Positions 33,936-43,071 of a DNA stretch of 64,000 bases are shown here, piece by piece. The translations under genes and the position numbers were made by a program. The stretch's first letter is position 1; every line of letters begins with the position of its first letter. A model generated the notes under the pieces. That model worked only from the letters and a program-made list of their open reading frames with translations. It ran no database searches and was not told where the DNA came from. This stretch comes from Candidatus Flemingiibacterium sp. (GTDB lineage: Bacteria > Bacillota > Clostridia > Oscillospirales > CAG-272), in the NCBI GenBank assembly GCA_045586505.1, contig JAZNAL010000035.1, forward strand, positions 13,866 through 77,865, given 5' to 3'.

Positions 33936-35555
33936 ATGGCGCGAACAAAAAAGCAAACACTCCCGCTCGGCGAAATCCCTGCCGTGATATATGCTCGCTT
34001 TTCATCACATAATCAGCGCGAGGAATCCATAGAACAGCAAATCGCAGAGTGCAAGGCGTATGCCGCCGCCAACAATCTTTCGGTCGTGGCTGTATATGCC
34101 GACAGCGCAGTGTCCGGGCGTTCTGACCGCCGACCGCAGTATCAGAAGCTTCGCCGGGATGCCGAAAAAGGCACTTTTGCCGCCGTGATCGCCTACAAAT
34201 CAAGCCGCATTGCCCGAAATATGGTCAATGCACTTATATTTGAAAGCGAAATGGACAAATACGGCATACAGGTCTTTTACGCAAAGGAAGCCTTTGCTGA
34301 TAACGCCTCCGGCAGATTCGCACGGCGCACAATGATGAATCTCAATCAGTTCTACAGCGAGAATCTGAGCGAGGATATAAAGCGCAACCAAGCCGACAAC
34401 GCACTGAAATGCCGCGCCAACGGTCCTGCACCTTACGGCTATAAATCGGATAAAGCCGGGCATTTTGTGATAGATGAAGATACTGCCCCTATTGTAAAGG
34501 AGATCTTCTCGCGTGTAGCATCCGGGGAGATGTTTATAAGTATTGCCGATGATCTCAATGCTCGTGGCATCACCAATCGCCGCGGCAATACATGGGGCAA
34601 GAACAGTTTTGCCAACATCATATCGAATGAACGATATATTGGTACATATATTTTTGACGGCATCCGTGTAGAAGGCGGTATGCCACAAATAATAGAAAGA
34701 CGGCAATTCGAGGAGGTACAGTATATTTTGAAGAATAAAAAGAATCCGCGAGGTAAAAGCCGCACCAACGAAAGATATCTTCTTACAGGACTTCTTTTCT
34801 GCGGAGAATGCGGAGAGCCGATGATAGGAATGTGCGGCACAAGTAAATCTGGAACGAAACACCATTATTACGCTTGCAGAAACAAACGATTGGGCGGAGG
34901 ATGTAAAAAGAAAGATGTCCGACGAGATCAGCTTGAGTACGATATAGCGCTTGGTGTTTATCAACACATTTTGAATGATTCTGTTATCACGCAGATAGCC
35001 GAAGGTGTTGCCAAATACTTTGATGAGCAGAGAGACAACCCGGATATTGCGCTTCTCGAAGAACGACGAAAAACAAATGATACGGCAATACAAAACATCA
35101 TGCGTGCGATAGAAGCAGGCGTGTTCACGAATACGACTAAGGATAGATTGCTTGAGCTTGAATCAGAGCAAGCTAAAATCAAGGCTCAGCTCGCCGAACT
35201 CACCGTTAATATACCGGAAATCAGCGTAGAGGATATAAAGACATTTCTTCTGTCATTCCGGAACGGTGATATAGACGATCCCGAATACCGTGAGAATCTT
35301 ATAAAAAACTTTATTGTAGCCATATACCTGTACGATGATCATGCAAAAATCGTGTTTGACCCTTCCGGAAGCGGTCACAACGGCATAAATATTTCCATAT
35401 CAGACGTAGAAAGCGCATTATCCGAGTGTTCGCCTGTAGACCATATAGGGTCACCAGCCGATGCAAGCATCGGCTATACAAAGACACCATCCCTCGTGGA
35501 TGGTGTTTTTGTTTTGCGTCACCTGTGCCAAGGAAGTGATCCTGTAAATTGCTGA
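33936..35555 (+). CDS. Large serine recombinase (prophage integrase)
   Basis: IYARFSSHNQ catalytic motif, SRIARN, PYGY, Zn ribbon CGECG...YYAC, coiled coil; last ~30 codons derive from host sequence. Confidence 0.96.
   Translation: MARTKKQTLPLGEIPAVIYARFSSHNQREESIEQQIAECKAYAAANNLSVVAVYADSAVSGRSDRRPQYQKLRRDAEKGTFAAVIAYKSSRIARNMVNALIFESEMDKYGIQVFYAKEAFADNASGRFARRTMMNLNQFYSENLSEDIKRNQADNALKCRANGPAPYGYKSDKAGHFVIDEDTAPIVKEIFSRVASGEMFISIADDLNARGITNRRGNTWGKNSFANIISNERYIGTYIFDGIRVEGGMPQIIERRQFEEVQYILKNKKNPRGKSRTNERYLLTGLLFCGECGEPMIGMCGTSKSGTKHHYYACRNKRLGGGCKKKDVRRDQLEYDIALGVYQHILNDSVITQIAEGVAKYFDEQRDNPDIALLEERRKTNDTAIQNIMRAIEAGVFTNTTKDRLLELESEQAKIKAQLAELTVNIPEISVEDIKTFLLSFRNGDIDDPEYRENLIKNFIVAIYLYDDHAKIVFDPSGSGHNGINISISDVESALSECSPVDHIGSPADASIGYTKTPSLVDGVFVLRHLCQGSDPVNC
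35448..35456 (+). other. Prophage att core (tRNA 3' end GGGTCACCA, tRNA-Glu-like)
   Basis: CCA-ending core followed by a tRNA-operon-type terminator; second copy preceded by TTCGATATCCCGTAC at 35616-30. Confidence 0.7.
35478..35515 (+). terminator. Intrinsic terminator
   Basis: ACAAAGACACCATCC-CTCGT-GGATGGTGTTTTTGT-TTT. Confidence 0.75.
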
Positions 35556-35743
35556 TAAAACAAACGACTTAAGCCGCACAAAATGCAATTTGCCGCGCAA
35601 GCAGAGCTTGCGCGTTTCGATATCCCGTACGGGTCACCAGCCGATGCAAGCATCGGCTATGAAAAACCTCGTCACAAGATGAGTTTTTGGCTTTAAAATC
35701 GCAACCGGTCTGCCGCAATAATGATGGCATTCCGTTTTTCTTC

Positions 35744-35772
35744 TTGCACTGAGGGTGGATTTATGGTATAAT
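35744..35772 (+). promoter_or_regulatory. sbcDC promoter
   Basis: TTGCAC, 17 bp, TG-G-TATAAT. Confidence 0.65.
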
Positions 35773-35825
35773 GGTGGTAATGATACTTAACCCGACGCCG
35801 GATGGCGTCATAAAACGGAGGAAGC

Positions 35826-36968
35826 ATGAAATTTTTCCACTTATCCGATCTGCATCTCGGAAAAAGGCTGTTTGAGTTCTCGCTTATCGAGGATCAGCAA
35901 TATATACTTGAGGAAATCCTCTCACTTGCAGACACCGAGCGCCCCGACGCCGTCGTTATCGCGGGGGATATTTTCGACAAGCCCGTACCGCCTGCCGAGG
36001 CTGTGGCGCTCTTTGATAGATTTCTTTCGGAACTAAACCGCCGCGAGATCAAAACGCTTGTCATCAGCGGTAACCATGACTCACCCGAGCGCATCGCCTT
36101 CGGTTCACGGGTCATGAGCCCCGTCGGCATTCATATGTCTCCGGTATGGAACGGTACCGTCGCGCCCATAAGTCTTACAGACATGCACGGCGCCGTCAAT
36201 TTCTACCTACTCCCGTTCATAAAGCCCGCCCATGTACGCAGATACTTCCCCGACGAGCCCTGCGAATCCTATACCGATGCCCTGCGCATCGCCATCCGCG
36301 AAACAGGATTTGATCCCGCCGCGCGAAACGTGCTTGTGACCCATCAGTTTATCACAGGCGCATCCCGCTCCGACTCCGAGGAGATCTCGGTCGGCGGCTC
36401 GGATAACGTGGACGCATCGGTGCTGGAGGGCTTCGATTATGTGGCGCTGGGACATCTTCACACTCCCCAGTCCGTGGGCAATGCCGCCGTTCGCTACAGC
36501 GGTACACCGCTCAAATACTCCTTCTCCGAGGTCTCGGACGAAAAATCCGTTACTGTCGTCGAGCTTGGACCCAAAGGCAATATCTCGATCGGCACCCTTC
36601 CCCTTAAACCGAGGCACGATATGCGAAGGCTTCGCGGGACCTACGAAAATCTTACACTTCGTAAGAATTACGAGGGGACTCCCACCGACGATTATTTAGA
36701 GATCACGCTGACCGACGAGGATGACATCCCCGACGCGGTAACCAAGCTTCGGGTGATCTACCCTAACTTAATGAAGCTATGTTACGACAATCACCGAACA
36801 CGCGCGGCATACTCACCCGCACTGGATAAGGCTACTGAAAAGCGGTCCCCCATCGAGCTTTTTGCCGAGTTTTTTGAACGTCAGAACGACCGTCCGCTTG
36901 ATGATGAACAGCTCACATTCGTAAACGGGCTTATTGAAAAGCTAAGTGATAAGGAGGGGCGCAAATGA
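35826..36968 (+). CDS. sbcD: Exonuclease SbcCD subunit D
   Basis: HLSDLHLGK, AGDIFD, SGNHDS, ALGHLH, YSGTPLKYSFSE. Confidence 0.96.
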   Translation: MKFFHLSDLHLGKRLFEFSLIEDQQYILEEILSLADTERPDAVVIAGDIFDKPVPPAEAVALFDRFLSELNRREIKTLVISGNHDSPERIAFGSRVMSPVGIHMSPVWNGTVAPISLTDMHGAVNFYLLPFIKPAHVRRYFPDEPCESYTDALRIAIRETGFDPAARNVLVTHQFITGASRSDSEEISVGGSDNVDASVLEGFDYVALGHLHTPQSVGNAAVRYSGTPLKYSFSEVSDEKSVTVVELGPKGNISIGTLPLKPRHDMRRLRGTYENLTLRKNYEGTPTDDYLEITLTDEDDIPDAVTKLRVIYPNLMKLCYDNHRTRAAYSPALDKATEKRSPIELFAEFFERQNDRPLDDEQLTFVNGLIEKLSDKEGRK

Positions 36969-39721
36969 GACCGATAAAATTAAAAATCTCCGCTTTCGGT
37001 CCCTATGCCGAAGCGGTGGAGCTTGATATGGACAGCCTTGGTGACAGCGGATTGTACCTCATCTGCGGTGACACCGGAGCCGGTAAAACCACCATCTTTG
37101 ACGCCATAACCTTTGCGCTGTACGGTGAGCCCAGCGGCTCTTACCGCGATGCCGCACAGCTTCGCTCAAAATATGCCGCCCCCGATACCCCCACCGAGGT
37201 GGAGCTGGTCTTTGATTATGCAGGCAACCTCTACACAGTGCGGCGCACCCCCGAATATATGCGCGAATCCAAGCGCGGCGGCGGTATGACCCTTCAGCGT
37301 GCCGAGGCAGAGCTTATCCGTCCCGACGGAAGCGTCATCACCAAGACCCGCGAGGTAGATGCGGCAATACGCGAGCTTATAGGCATAGACCGCACGCAGT
37401 TTTCGCAGATTGCCATGATCGCTCAGGGCGATTTCAGGGATCTGCTGTTCGCGCCTACCGACCAACGCATCAAAATATTCCGCAAGCTGTTTGGCACGGA
37501 GCTGTACCGAAATCTGCAGGACGAATTAAAATCCGCCGCATCCTCCGCATACCGGGAGTATGAGCTGCTTTGCCTCAGCGTAAGGCAGTATATCGACGGT
37601 CTTGAAGCGGATGAGGCCTTTACTCCCGAGCTTGATGAAGCCAAATCCGGTAATCTTCCTACAACGGAGGTACCCGAACTTGCGGAGCGGATAATTTCCG
37701 CCGACCGCGAAACGCTCACTGCGTGCTCAAAGGAGCTCGAAGCAATTGAAGCCGAGCTTGAAGCGCTGTCCCACACCCTCGGTCAAACGCTTGAAATAAA
37801 CAAAAACCGCGCGTCACTTGCTCATTCAAGGGCACAGCTTACCGCACGAACTGCAATGCTTAACACCTATGCCGCCGCCTTGGAGCGTGAAAGTGCACGT
37901 GCCCCCGAGCGGGACAAGCTCCATGAGCAGATCACCCTACTTCGCGAAAGCCTGCCGCGCTACGATGAGCTGGAACGGATAAAGGCAGAGCAGGCTGAAG
38001 TATCGCGTGCGGTCACCGCAAGCTCCGCCGCACTTGAAGCCACCCTCGAAAAATATGACGCCGAAAAGCTGAAGCTTGCCAAAATGCAGGAGGAAGCCGA
38101 TATGCTTAAAACTGCGGGGGAAGCCAAGCAGCGTCTTGAAGCCGAGTCACGGGAGCTTTCCGCGCGCCGAGACAGGCTCATAGGACTTTCCGAGGAGCAA
38201 AAAAGCTACGATCTGCTCGTAAAGCGCCGTGATACGGCGCAGAAGGAATATACCCTTGTGGCAGAGCACGCAGAGCATATGCAGAACACGCTGACGCGGC
38301 TGAATAAGGCGTTTCTCGATGAGCAAGCGGGAATACTTGCACAGGGGCTTGCAAGCGGTACTCCCTGCCCCGTATGCGGCTCAACTGAGCATCCGCATCC
38401 CGCCGAGCCCTCAAGCTGTGCGCCAAGTGAAGCCGAGCTTAAGCGCGCCGCCGAAATAAGCGAAAAAACACTTAACGAAGCAAAAAATAAAAGCGCCGAA
38501 GCCGCGCGTCTGATCGGTCAGTGCGACGAAAAGCTCACCGCCATCGAACAGCTTGCCGCCGCGCTTTTTGTGAGCGGCTATACCGACCTTGCCGCCGATA
38601 CCGCCGAAGAGGTGCTACTGTGCGACAAGGCACTCCTCGAAAATAACAAAAGCCTTGCAGTAGAGCTGTCGCGCATCCAACGCCGCGAGGAGCTTGACGC
38701 GGACATCCCCGAGCTTGCAAAGCTGCTCGATGACCTTTCCGCCAAAGCCGCCGCTCTCGCTGACGAGGTCACCGCTGGAAAGGTACGGCTTTCTGCCTTT
38801 GATGAAAGCCTCAAAAAAGCAGTAAATGAGCTGGAATATAACAGCAGCTCCGCTGCGCGGGCGAGTATCGACGCCAAGTCCGCATCTCTTGCCAAGCTCC
38901 GACTGGCACTTGACGATGCCGTCAAGCACCACACCGAGTGTATGACCGAGGTAGCGGGTCTCACAGAGGTTACTTCCCGCCTTGAAGCCGCCCTTGCGGA
39001 CGCGCCGGAGATTGATGCCGATGCCGCCGTTACACTTCGCGACGAGCTTTCCGAGAAAAAGCGGGTTCTTACCGAGCGCATTACCGCAATTAGCGCACGG
39101 ATGATGTCAAACACCGCCGCGCTTGAAAAATTCAACCGTACTGCTGCGAACCTCACCAAGGTCGAAAAGCGACTCACTTCCCTTCGCACGCTGTCAAACA
39201 CCGCAAGCGGCAATCTCGGCGGCAAGGAGAAGATCATGCTGGAGACCTACGTTCAGATGACCTTCTTCGACCGTATAATCGCCCGCGCCAACACCCGCTT
39301 TATGCTGATGTCCGACGGCCAATATGAATTAAAGCGCCGCGAATGCGCCGAAAATAACCGATCCCAGAGCGGTCTTGAACTTGATGTGATCGACCATTAC
39401 AACGGCACCGAGCGAAGTGTACGCACTCTCTCCGGCGGCGAAGCCTTCAAGGCATCGCTGTCGCTGGCGCTGGGACTTTCCGACGAGATCCAGTCCTCGG
39501 CGGGCGGCATACGCCTTGACACAATGTTCGTTGACGAGGGCTTCGGTTCGCTTGACGAAACCTCCCTGTCACAGGCAATCGACACCCTTGTGAAGCTCTC
39601 GGACAACTGCCGACTTGTGGGCATAATCTCCCATGTCGCCGAATTAAAGGAACGCATCGACCGCCGTATCGTGGTCACCAAGGATCGCGTGGGCGGAAGC
39701 AATGCAAAGATCGTGGTGTAA
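36965..39721 (+). CDS. sbcC: Exonuclease SbcCD subunit C (SMC ATPase)
   Basis: GDTGAGKTT, CPVCGS zinc hook, LSGGE, VDEGFGSLD, ISH. Confidence 0.96.
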   Translation: MRPIKLKISAFGPYAEAVELDMDSLGDSGLYLICGDTGAGKTTIFDAITFALYGEPSGSYRDAAQLRSKYAAPDTPTEVELVFDYAGNLYTVRRTPEYMRESKRGGGMTLQRAEAELIRPDGSVITKTREVDAAIRELIGIDRTQFSQIAMIAQGDFRDLLFAPTDQRIKIFRKLFGTELYRNLQDELKSAASSAYREYELLCLSVRQYIDGLEADEAFTPELDEAKSGNLPTTEVPELAERIISADRETLTACSKELEAIEAELEALSHTLGQTLEINKNRASLAHSRAQLTARTAMLNTYAAALERESARAPERDKLHEQITLLRESLPRYDELERIKAEQAEVSRAVTASSAALEATLEKYDAEKLKLAKMQEEADMLKTAGEAKQRLEAESRELSARRDRLIGLSEEQKSYDLLVKRRDTAQKEYTLVAEHAEHMQNTLTRLNKAFLDEQAGILAQGLASGTPCPVCGSTEHPHPAEPSSCAPSEAELKRAAEISEKTLNEAKNKSAEAARLIGQCDEKLTAIEQLAAALFVSGYTDLAADTAEEVLLCDKALLENNKSLAVELSRIQRREELDADIPELAKLLDDLSAKAAALADEVTAGKVRLSAFDESLKKAVNELEYNSSSAARASIDAKSASLAKLRLALDDAVKHHTECMTEVAGLTEVTSRLEAALADAPEIDADAAVTLRDELSEKKRVLTERITAISARMMSNTAALEKFNRTAANLTKVEKRLTSLRTLSNTASGNLGGKEKIMLETYVQMTFFDRIIARANTRFMLMSDGQYELKRRECAENNRSQSGLELDVIDHYNGTERSVRTLSGGEAFKASLSLALGLSDEIQSSAGGIRLDTMFVDEGFGSLDETSLSQAIDTLVKLSDNCRLVGIISHVAELKERIDRRIVVTKDRVGGSNAKIVV

Positions 39722-39747
39722 ATGCCGCAAAATCTAAATAAGTTGCA

Positions 39748-39779
39748 AAAAGCGAGACCGTTTTCACAGTCTCGCTTTT
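39748..39779. terminator. Bidirectional terminator
   Basis: AAAAGCGAGAC...GTCTCGCTTTT between convergent genes. Confidence 0.7.
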
Positions 39780-39856
39780 CTTTAGTTATCATCGTATAAT
39801 TCTGATGGTGCAGATATGCCGTCAAGGCGTCAGCCGCGAATTGTGCGGTGATACCT

Positions 39857-40909
39857 TTATTCTGCGTCGTCAAGACCGTCCACCAGCGTGCCGTTGTCGA
39901 TAACAAACTGAGGGAGTATCTTCTGACTGAGTATAACCTGCTTGATATAGGGCTTGCCGTACTGCTCAATATACTCGGTGTAGCCTGCCGCATCGATATC
40001 CTCATCGGTGACAGTAATGCCTTCAAGCTCGGCGATCGCCTGAGCCGCGAGATAGAGGGTGGCGTCAGCCACATATGCCTCACGGTTCTCCTCGATATAT
40101 GCCTCCTTGGATTCATAGCCATTCATCGAAAAAAACTGATCAAGCGTGTAGCCGTACGCGGAAGCCTGGGACTCGATTGCAGTCATTTCATAGTTGATCA
40201 GATAATCAACTACGCTCTCGGGAACTTCAGCGCAGGTTGCTTCTGCCAGCAGATCGGTGAAGAAACTGAGCTTATCGGTGCTGACTATCCAGTCCTCGAC
40301 ATACGCAACCAGCGCATCTACGGAGTCAAAGCCGTAATCTGCCGCAATCTCATCGGTAAGCTCAGCCTCGATATAATCACCCCTGATGTAATTGATAGTA
40401 GTCTCGAAAACTGCTTCCTTACCGTTTAATTCTTCCTTACCGTAGTCCTCGGGAAAGGTTACAACGATATCGAAGGTGTCACCGGGCTTGTGACCGATAA
40501 GCTGGTCAAGGAATCCGTCGATATAGTTGGTAACACCGATAGTAACCTCTGTTCCGATGCCGCCGGTATTGCCGCCGTCGAACTGCACGCCGTCGATGGA
40601 GCCGACATAGTCAATATTCAGTGTGTCACCGTCGACTGCGGCGCGGTCTGTAATCTCTTCGTAGTAGCTGTAAGATGAAACAAGGCTTGAAATCTGCTCG
40701 TCAATCTCCGCATCGGTGGCAACAGGAATACCGCTGTCGATCTCAATACCCTTATATTCGGGGAGAGTCACGATATCGGACGCCTTGATGCCCTCAAAAA
40801 AGCCGTTTTTATCAAGTCCTTTGCTATAACTGTTGGTACCGCAGGCTGCAAGGGATGCTGCCATGAGCGCCGCCATCGCAAGGGCGGTTAATTTGCTTGA
40901 TGTTTTCAT
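39857..40909 (-). CDS. Lipoprotein trigger-factor-like FKBP peptidyl-prolyl isomerase
   Basis: Lipobox SLAAC; GDTLNIDYVGSIDGVQFDGG, FPEDYGKEELNGKEAVF; TF C-terminal-like helices. Confidence 0.85.
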   Translation of the reverse strand: MKTSSKLTALAMAALMAASLAACGTNSYSKGLDKNGFFEGIKASDIVTLPEYKGIEIDSGIPVATDAEIDEQISSLVSSYSYYEEITDRAAVDGDTLNIDYVGSIDGVQFDGGNTGGIGTEVTIGVTNYIDGFLDQLIGHKPGDTFDIVVTFPEDYGKEELNGKEAVFETTINYIRGDYIEAELTDEIAADYGFDSVDALVAYVEDWIVSTDKLSFFTDLLAEATCAEVPESVVDYLINYEMTAIESQASAYGYTLDQFFSMNGYESKEAYIEENREAYVADATLYLAAQAIAELEGITVTDEDIDAAGYTEYIEQYGKPYIKQVILSQKILPQFVIDNGTLVDGLDDAE

Positions 40910-40964
40910 TTTTTACTCCGTTCTTCGCTTTTTGCGAAATTTTATATTTCCCACCAGAAGAGGC

Positions 40965-41849
40965 TCATGCCTCATCGGGATAATAGGGCTTGCATAAATG
41001 TGCGGTGATACCCTTTTCCGACAGACCCCGCAGTGCGGCTTCTGCCGAAGCCTCAGACTCGAATATGCCGATGACCGAGGGACCGCTTCCACTCATCATG
41101 GCGCGAAGCGCGCCTGCCGATATGAGACTGTCTCGTATCTCACGCGCCGCCTCACGCTCGGGCAGTACCGCAGACTCAAAAATATTGGTCATTCCCGCCG
41201 CGACGGATCTGAGATCGCCGCCTTCCATAAGCGCGGCAAAATCATCCGCCGAGACCTTGCGGAGGGAAAAATCGTACATTTCATCAAGCTTCTTATATGC
41301 CCACGGTGTCGAAACGCCCTCGCCGTGGCAGGCGACTATAATATAACAGTCAGGCATATGTGCGCAGGGGGCAAATACATCGCCGATACCACGGGTTATG
41401 CTGATTCCCTGCATAATGCAGAATGGTACATCCGCGCCCAGCCTTGAGCCGATGCCGCACAGCTCGGATCTTGAAAACCCCGTGTCGTACAGCTCGTCAA
41501 GCGCAATAAGCGTCGCCGCCGCATCGGAGCTTCCGCCTCCGAGACCTGCGGCGATAGGGATATGCTTGTCTATGTGTATTGAAAGGTTATACTCGGCGAT
41601 GCCCGCCGTCTCAAAAAACAGCTTGGCGGCACGACTGCACAGATTAGTTCCGTCCAAGGGTAGATCTCCACCGTCTATCGTAAGCGTGATCTTTTGCCCG
41701 ACACCGGTGCATCTCTCAAAGGATAATGTATCAAACAGCGTCACTGTCTGCATGACGCTTTCGATATTGTGATATCCGTCAGGACGGCGGGAGCTGATCT
41801 CGAGATACAGATTTATCTTCGCGGGCGCCCTTCGGGTGATCGTTGTCAT
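40965..41849 (-). CDS. ispE: 4-(CDP)-2-C-methyl-D-erythritol kinase
   Basis: APAKINLYL, DGYHNIESVMQ, KHIPIAAGLGGGSSDAA, GADVPFC, MSGSG. Confidence 0.96.
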   Translation of the reverse strand: MTTITRRAPAKINLYLEISSRRPDGYHNIESVMQTVTLFDTLSFERCTGVGQKITLTIDGGDLPLDGTNLCSRAAKLFFETAGIAEYNLSIHIDKHIPIAAGLGGGSSDAAATLIALDELYDTGFSRSELCGIGSRLGADVPFCIMQGISITRGIGDVFAPCAHMPDCYIIVACHGEGVSTPWAYKKLDEMYDFSLRKVSADDFAALMEGGDLRSVAAGMTNIFESAVLPEREAAREIRDSLISAGALRAMMSGSGPSVIGIFESEASAEAALRGLSEKGITAHLCKPYYPDEA

Positions 41850-41862
41850 ATTTTTCTCCAAT

Positions 41863-43071
41863 TTAGCCTCCGATCAGCTTTATGATCGGGTTTTTCTTTA
41901 TCTTTACCGCCTTAAATGGGCAAAGCTCTTGACAGCAGTAGCATTTGATGCACTCTTCATCAACGATAAACGCCTGCTTTTCGCCCTTTTTGTTCACCCG
42001 CATCTCAATGGTATGCCGCGGACAGCTCCGTTCACATTCACCGCAGCCGACACAGGTTTTGGTGTCTATCACGGGTCTCGGCTGAAGCCATGCGTTAAGT
42101 CTGCCGCCAAACATATTCGGTAGTCTTGCAAGCAGTGATCCGCCGCTCATTTTGCGCGCGGTATCGGGCTTTTCGAAATCGTCCACCGTAAAATCAGCGG
42201 GGGCTTCTTTTGATGAGAGCGTCACATTCTCCACCGAATCAGGACAGAATCCGCGGCGTTTTCCTTCTTCAAGCATAATAATTCCGTCAACCTTGATGAT
42301 CGAAGAGCCGACAATATCCACGGTGAAGGGGTTCACGCCTGAAATGAGACAGTTTAGCTTCCTCGGATTTCCACCCGTAGGACCGTTGCCCTCCATGGCG
42401 AGAATTCCGTCCAGGAGATTGAAGGTGGGCTTGGTTCCAAGGATAAGCTGACACAGATCCACAAGCATAGATCCGAAATCGTTGTAATCGGGGAATCTTG
42501 CGTGCATTTCGAACTTTGTGACACCGGGAACGGTACCGAAATAGTTCTTGACCGCACCACTGTAGCCCGTCAGAGAATGACTTTTGAGCTTTGCTAAGTT
42601 GACGATCACATCCGCATCGAGTATCGGCGTGATGATATCAAACATTTTCGAGGTATGTCCGCTTGGCGCCTCCACCTGCCTCGATGTCACGTCATAGTTC
42701 AGCGTGACGCCGTACTTCTCCGACACGTCGGCAAGACCGCATCCGCGGTATGTGGCGCGCAGAGTCTCCCTTGTGTAAAGTCCTCCGGGACTTTCCGCAA
42801 TTATTATATCCGAAGTTCGCTCTTTTAATATGCGTATCATCGCCTCAAGCACTACGGGATGGGTGGTCGCCGCCGCTTCGGGGCTTTTTTTCATAACCAT
42901 ATTCGGCTTGATGACCACACGCTTGTTATCAAACATACCGTCGATTCCGAGCCGTTTGAGCTCGTCACGCACCGCCGCCTCGATTATTTCTACATCATAG
43001 CGGTCTATTCGGTCAAGCGCCACCGCACTTTTCGGATCAATCATATTCATACTCATCATTTTATCCTGCAT
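41863..43071 (-). CDS. DUF362 protein with C-terminal 2x[4Fe-4S] ferredoxin (start uncertain)
   Basis: VVIKPN, TTHP, KLKSH, KNYFG, MEGNGPTGG, CVGCGECERSCP, CIKCYCCQELCP. Confidence 0.9.
   Translation of the reverse strand: MQDKMMSMNMIDPKSAVALDRIDRYDVEIIEAAVRDELKRLGIDGMFDNKRVVIKPNMVMKKSPEAAATTHPVVLEAMIRILKERTSDIIIAESPGGLYTRETLRATYRGCGLADVSEKYGVTLNYDVTSRQVEAPSGHTSKMFDIITPILDADVIVNLAKLKSHSLTGYSGAVKNYFGTVPGVTKFEMHARFPDYNDFGSMLVDLCQLILGTKPTFNLLDGILAMEGNGPTGGNPRKLNCLISGVNPFTVDIVGSSIIKVDGIIMLEEGKRRGFCPDSVENVTLSSKEAPADFTVDDFEKPDTARKMSGGSLLARLPNMFGGRLNAWLQPRPVIDTKTCVGCGECERSCPRHTIEMRVNKKGEKQAFIVDEECIKCYCCQELCPFKAVKIKKNPIIKLIGG

Larger units (their letters stand above)
1..35456. mobile_element. Temperate myovirus-like prophage (right part; left end outside window)
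   Basis: Contiguous tail-head-terminase-replication-immunity-integrase gene order; ends at tRNA-3'-like core GGGTCACCA (35448-35456); host housekeeping genes follow. Confidence 0.95.
35448..35660 (+). repeat. 30-bp exact direct repeat, 183 bp period (tRNA-linked repeat)
   Basis: GGGTCACCAGCCGATGCAAGCATCGGCTAT at 35448-77 and 35631-60. Confidence 0.9.

Noticed and set aside
34200-35093. 297-aa minus-strand ORF
   Set aside because: Antisense shadow of the integrase.
35560-35639. Intact tRNA gene
   Set aside because: Only the 3' ~24 nt resemble tRNA; no acceptor 5' strand, D arm or anticodon arm could be built.
35448-35660. 30-bp palindromic repeat as a CRISPR array
   Set aside because: Only two copies separated by 153 bp, beginning with a tRNA 3' end; no cas genes.
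35826-39721. Nuclease plus SMC pair next to the prophage as a novel defence system
   Set aside because: Canonical SbcD/SbcC motifs, host-like composition, outside the att boundary.
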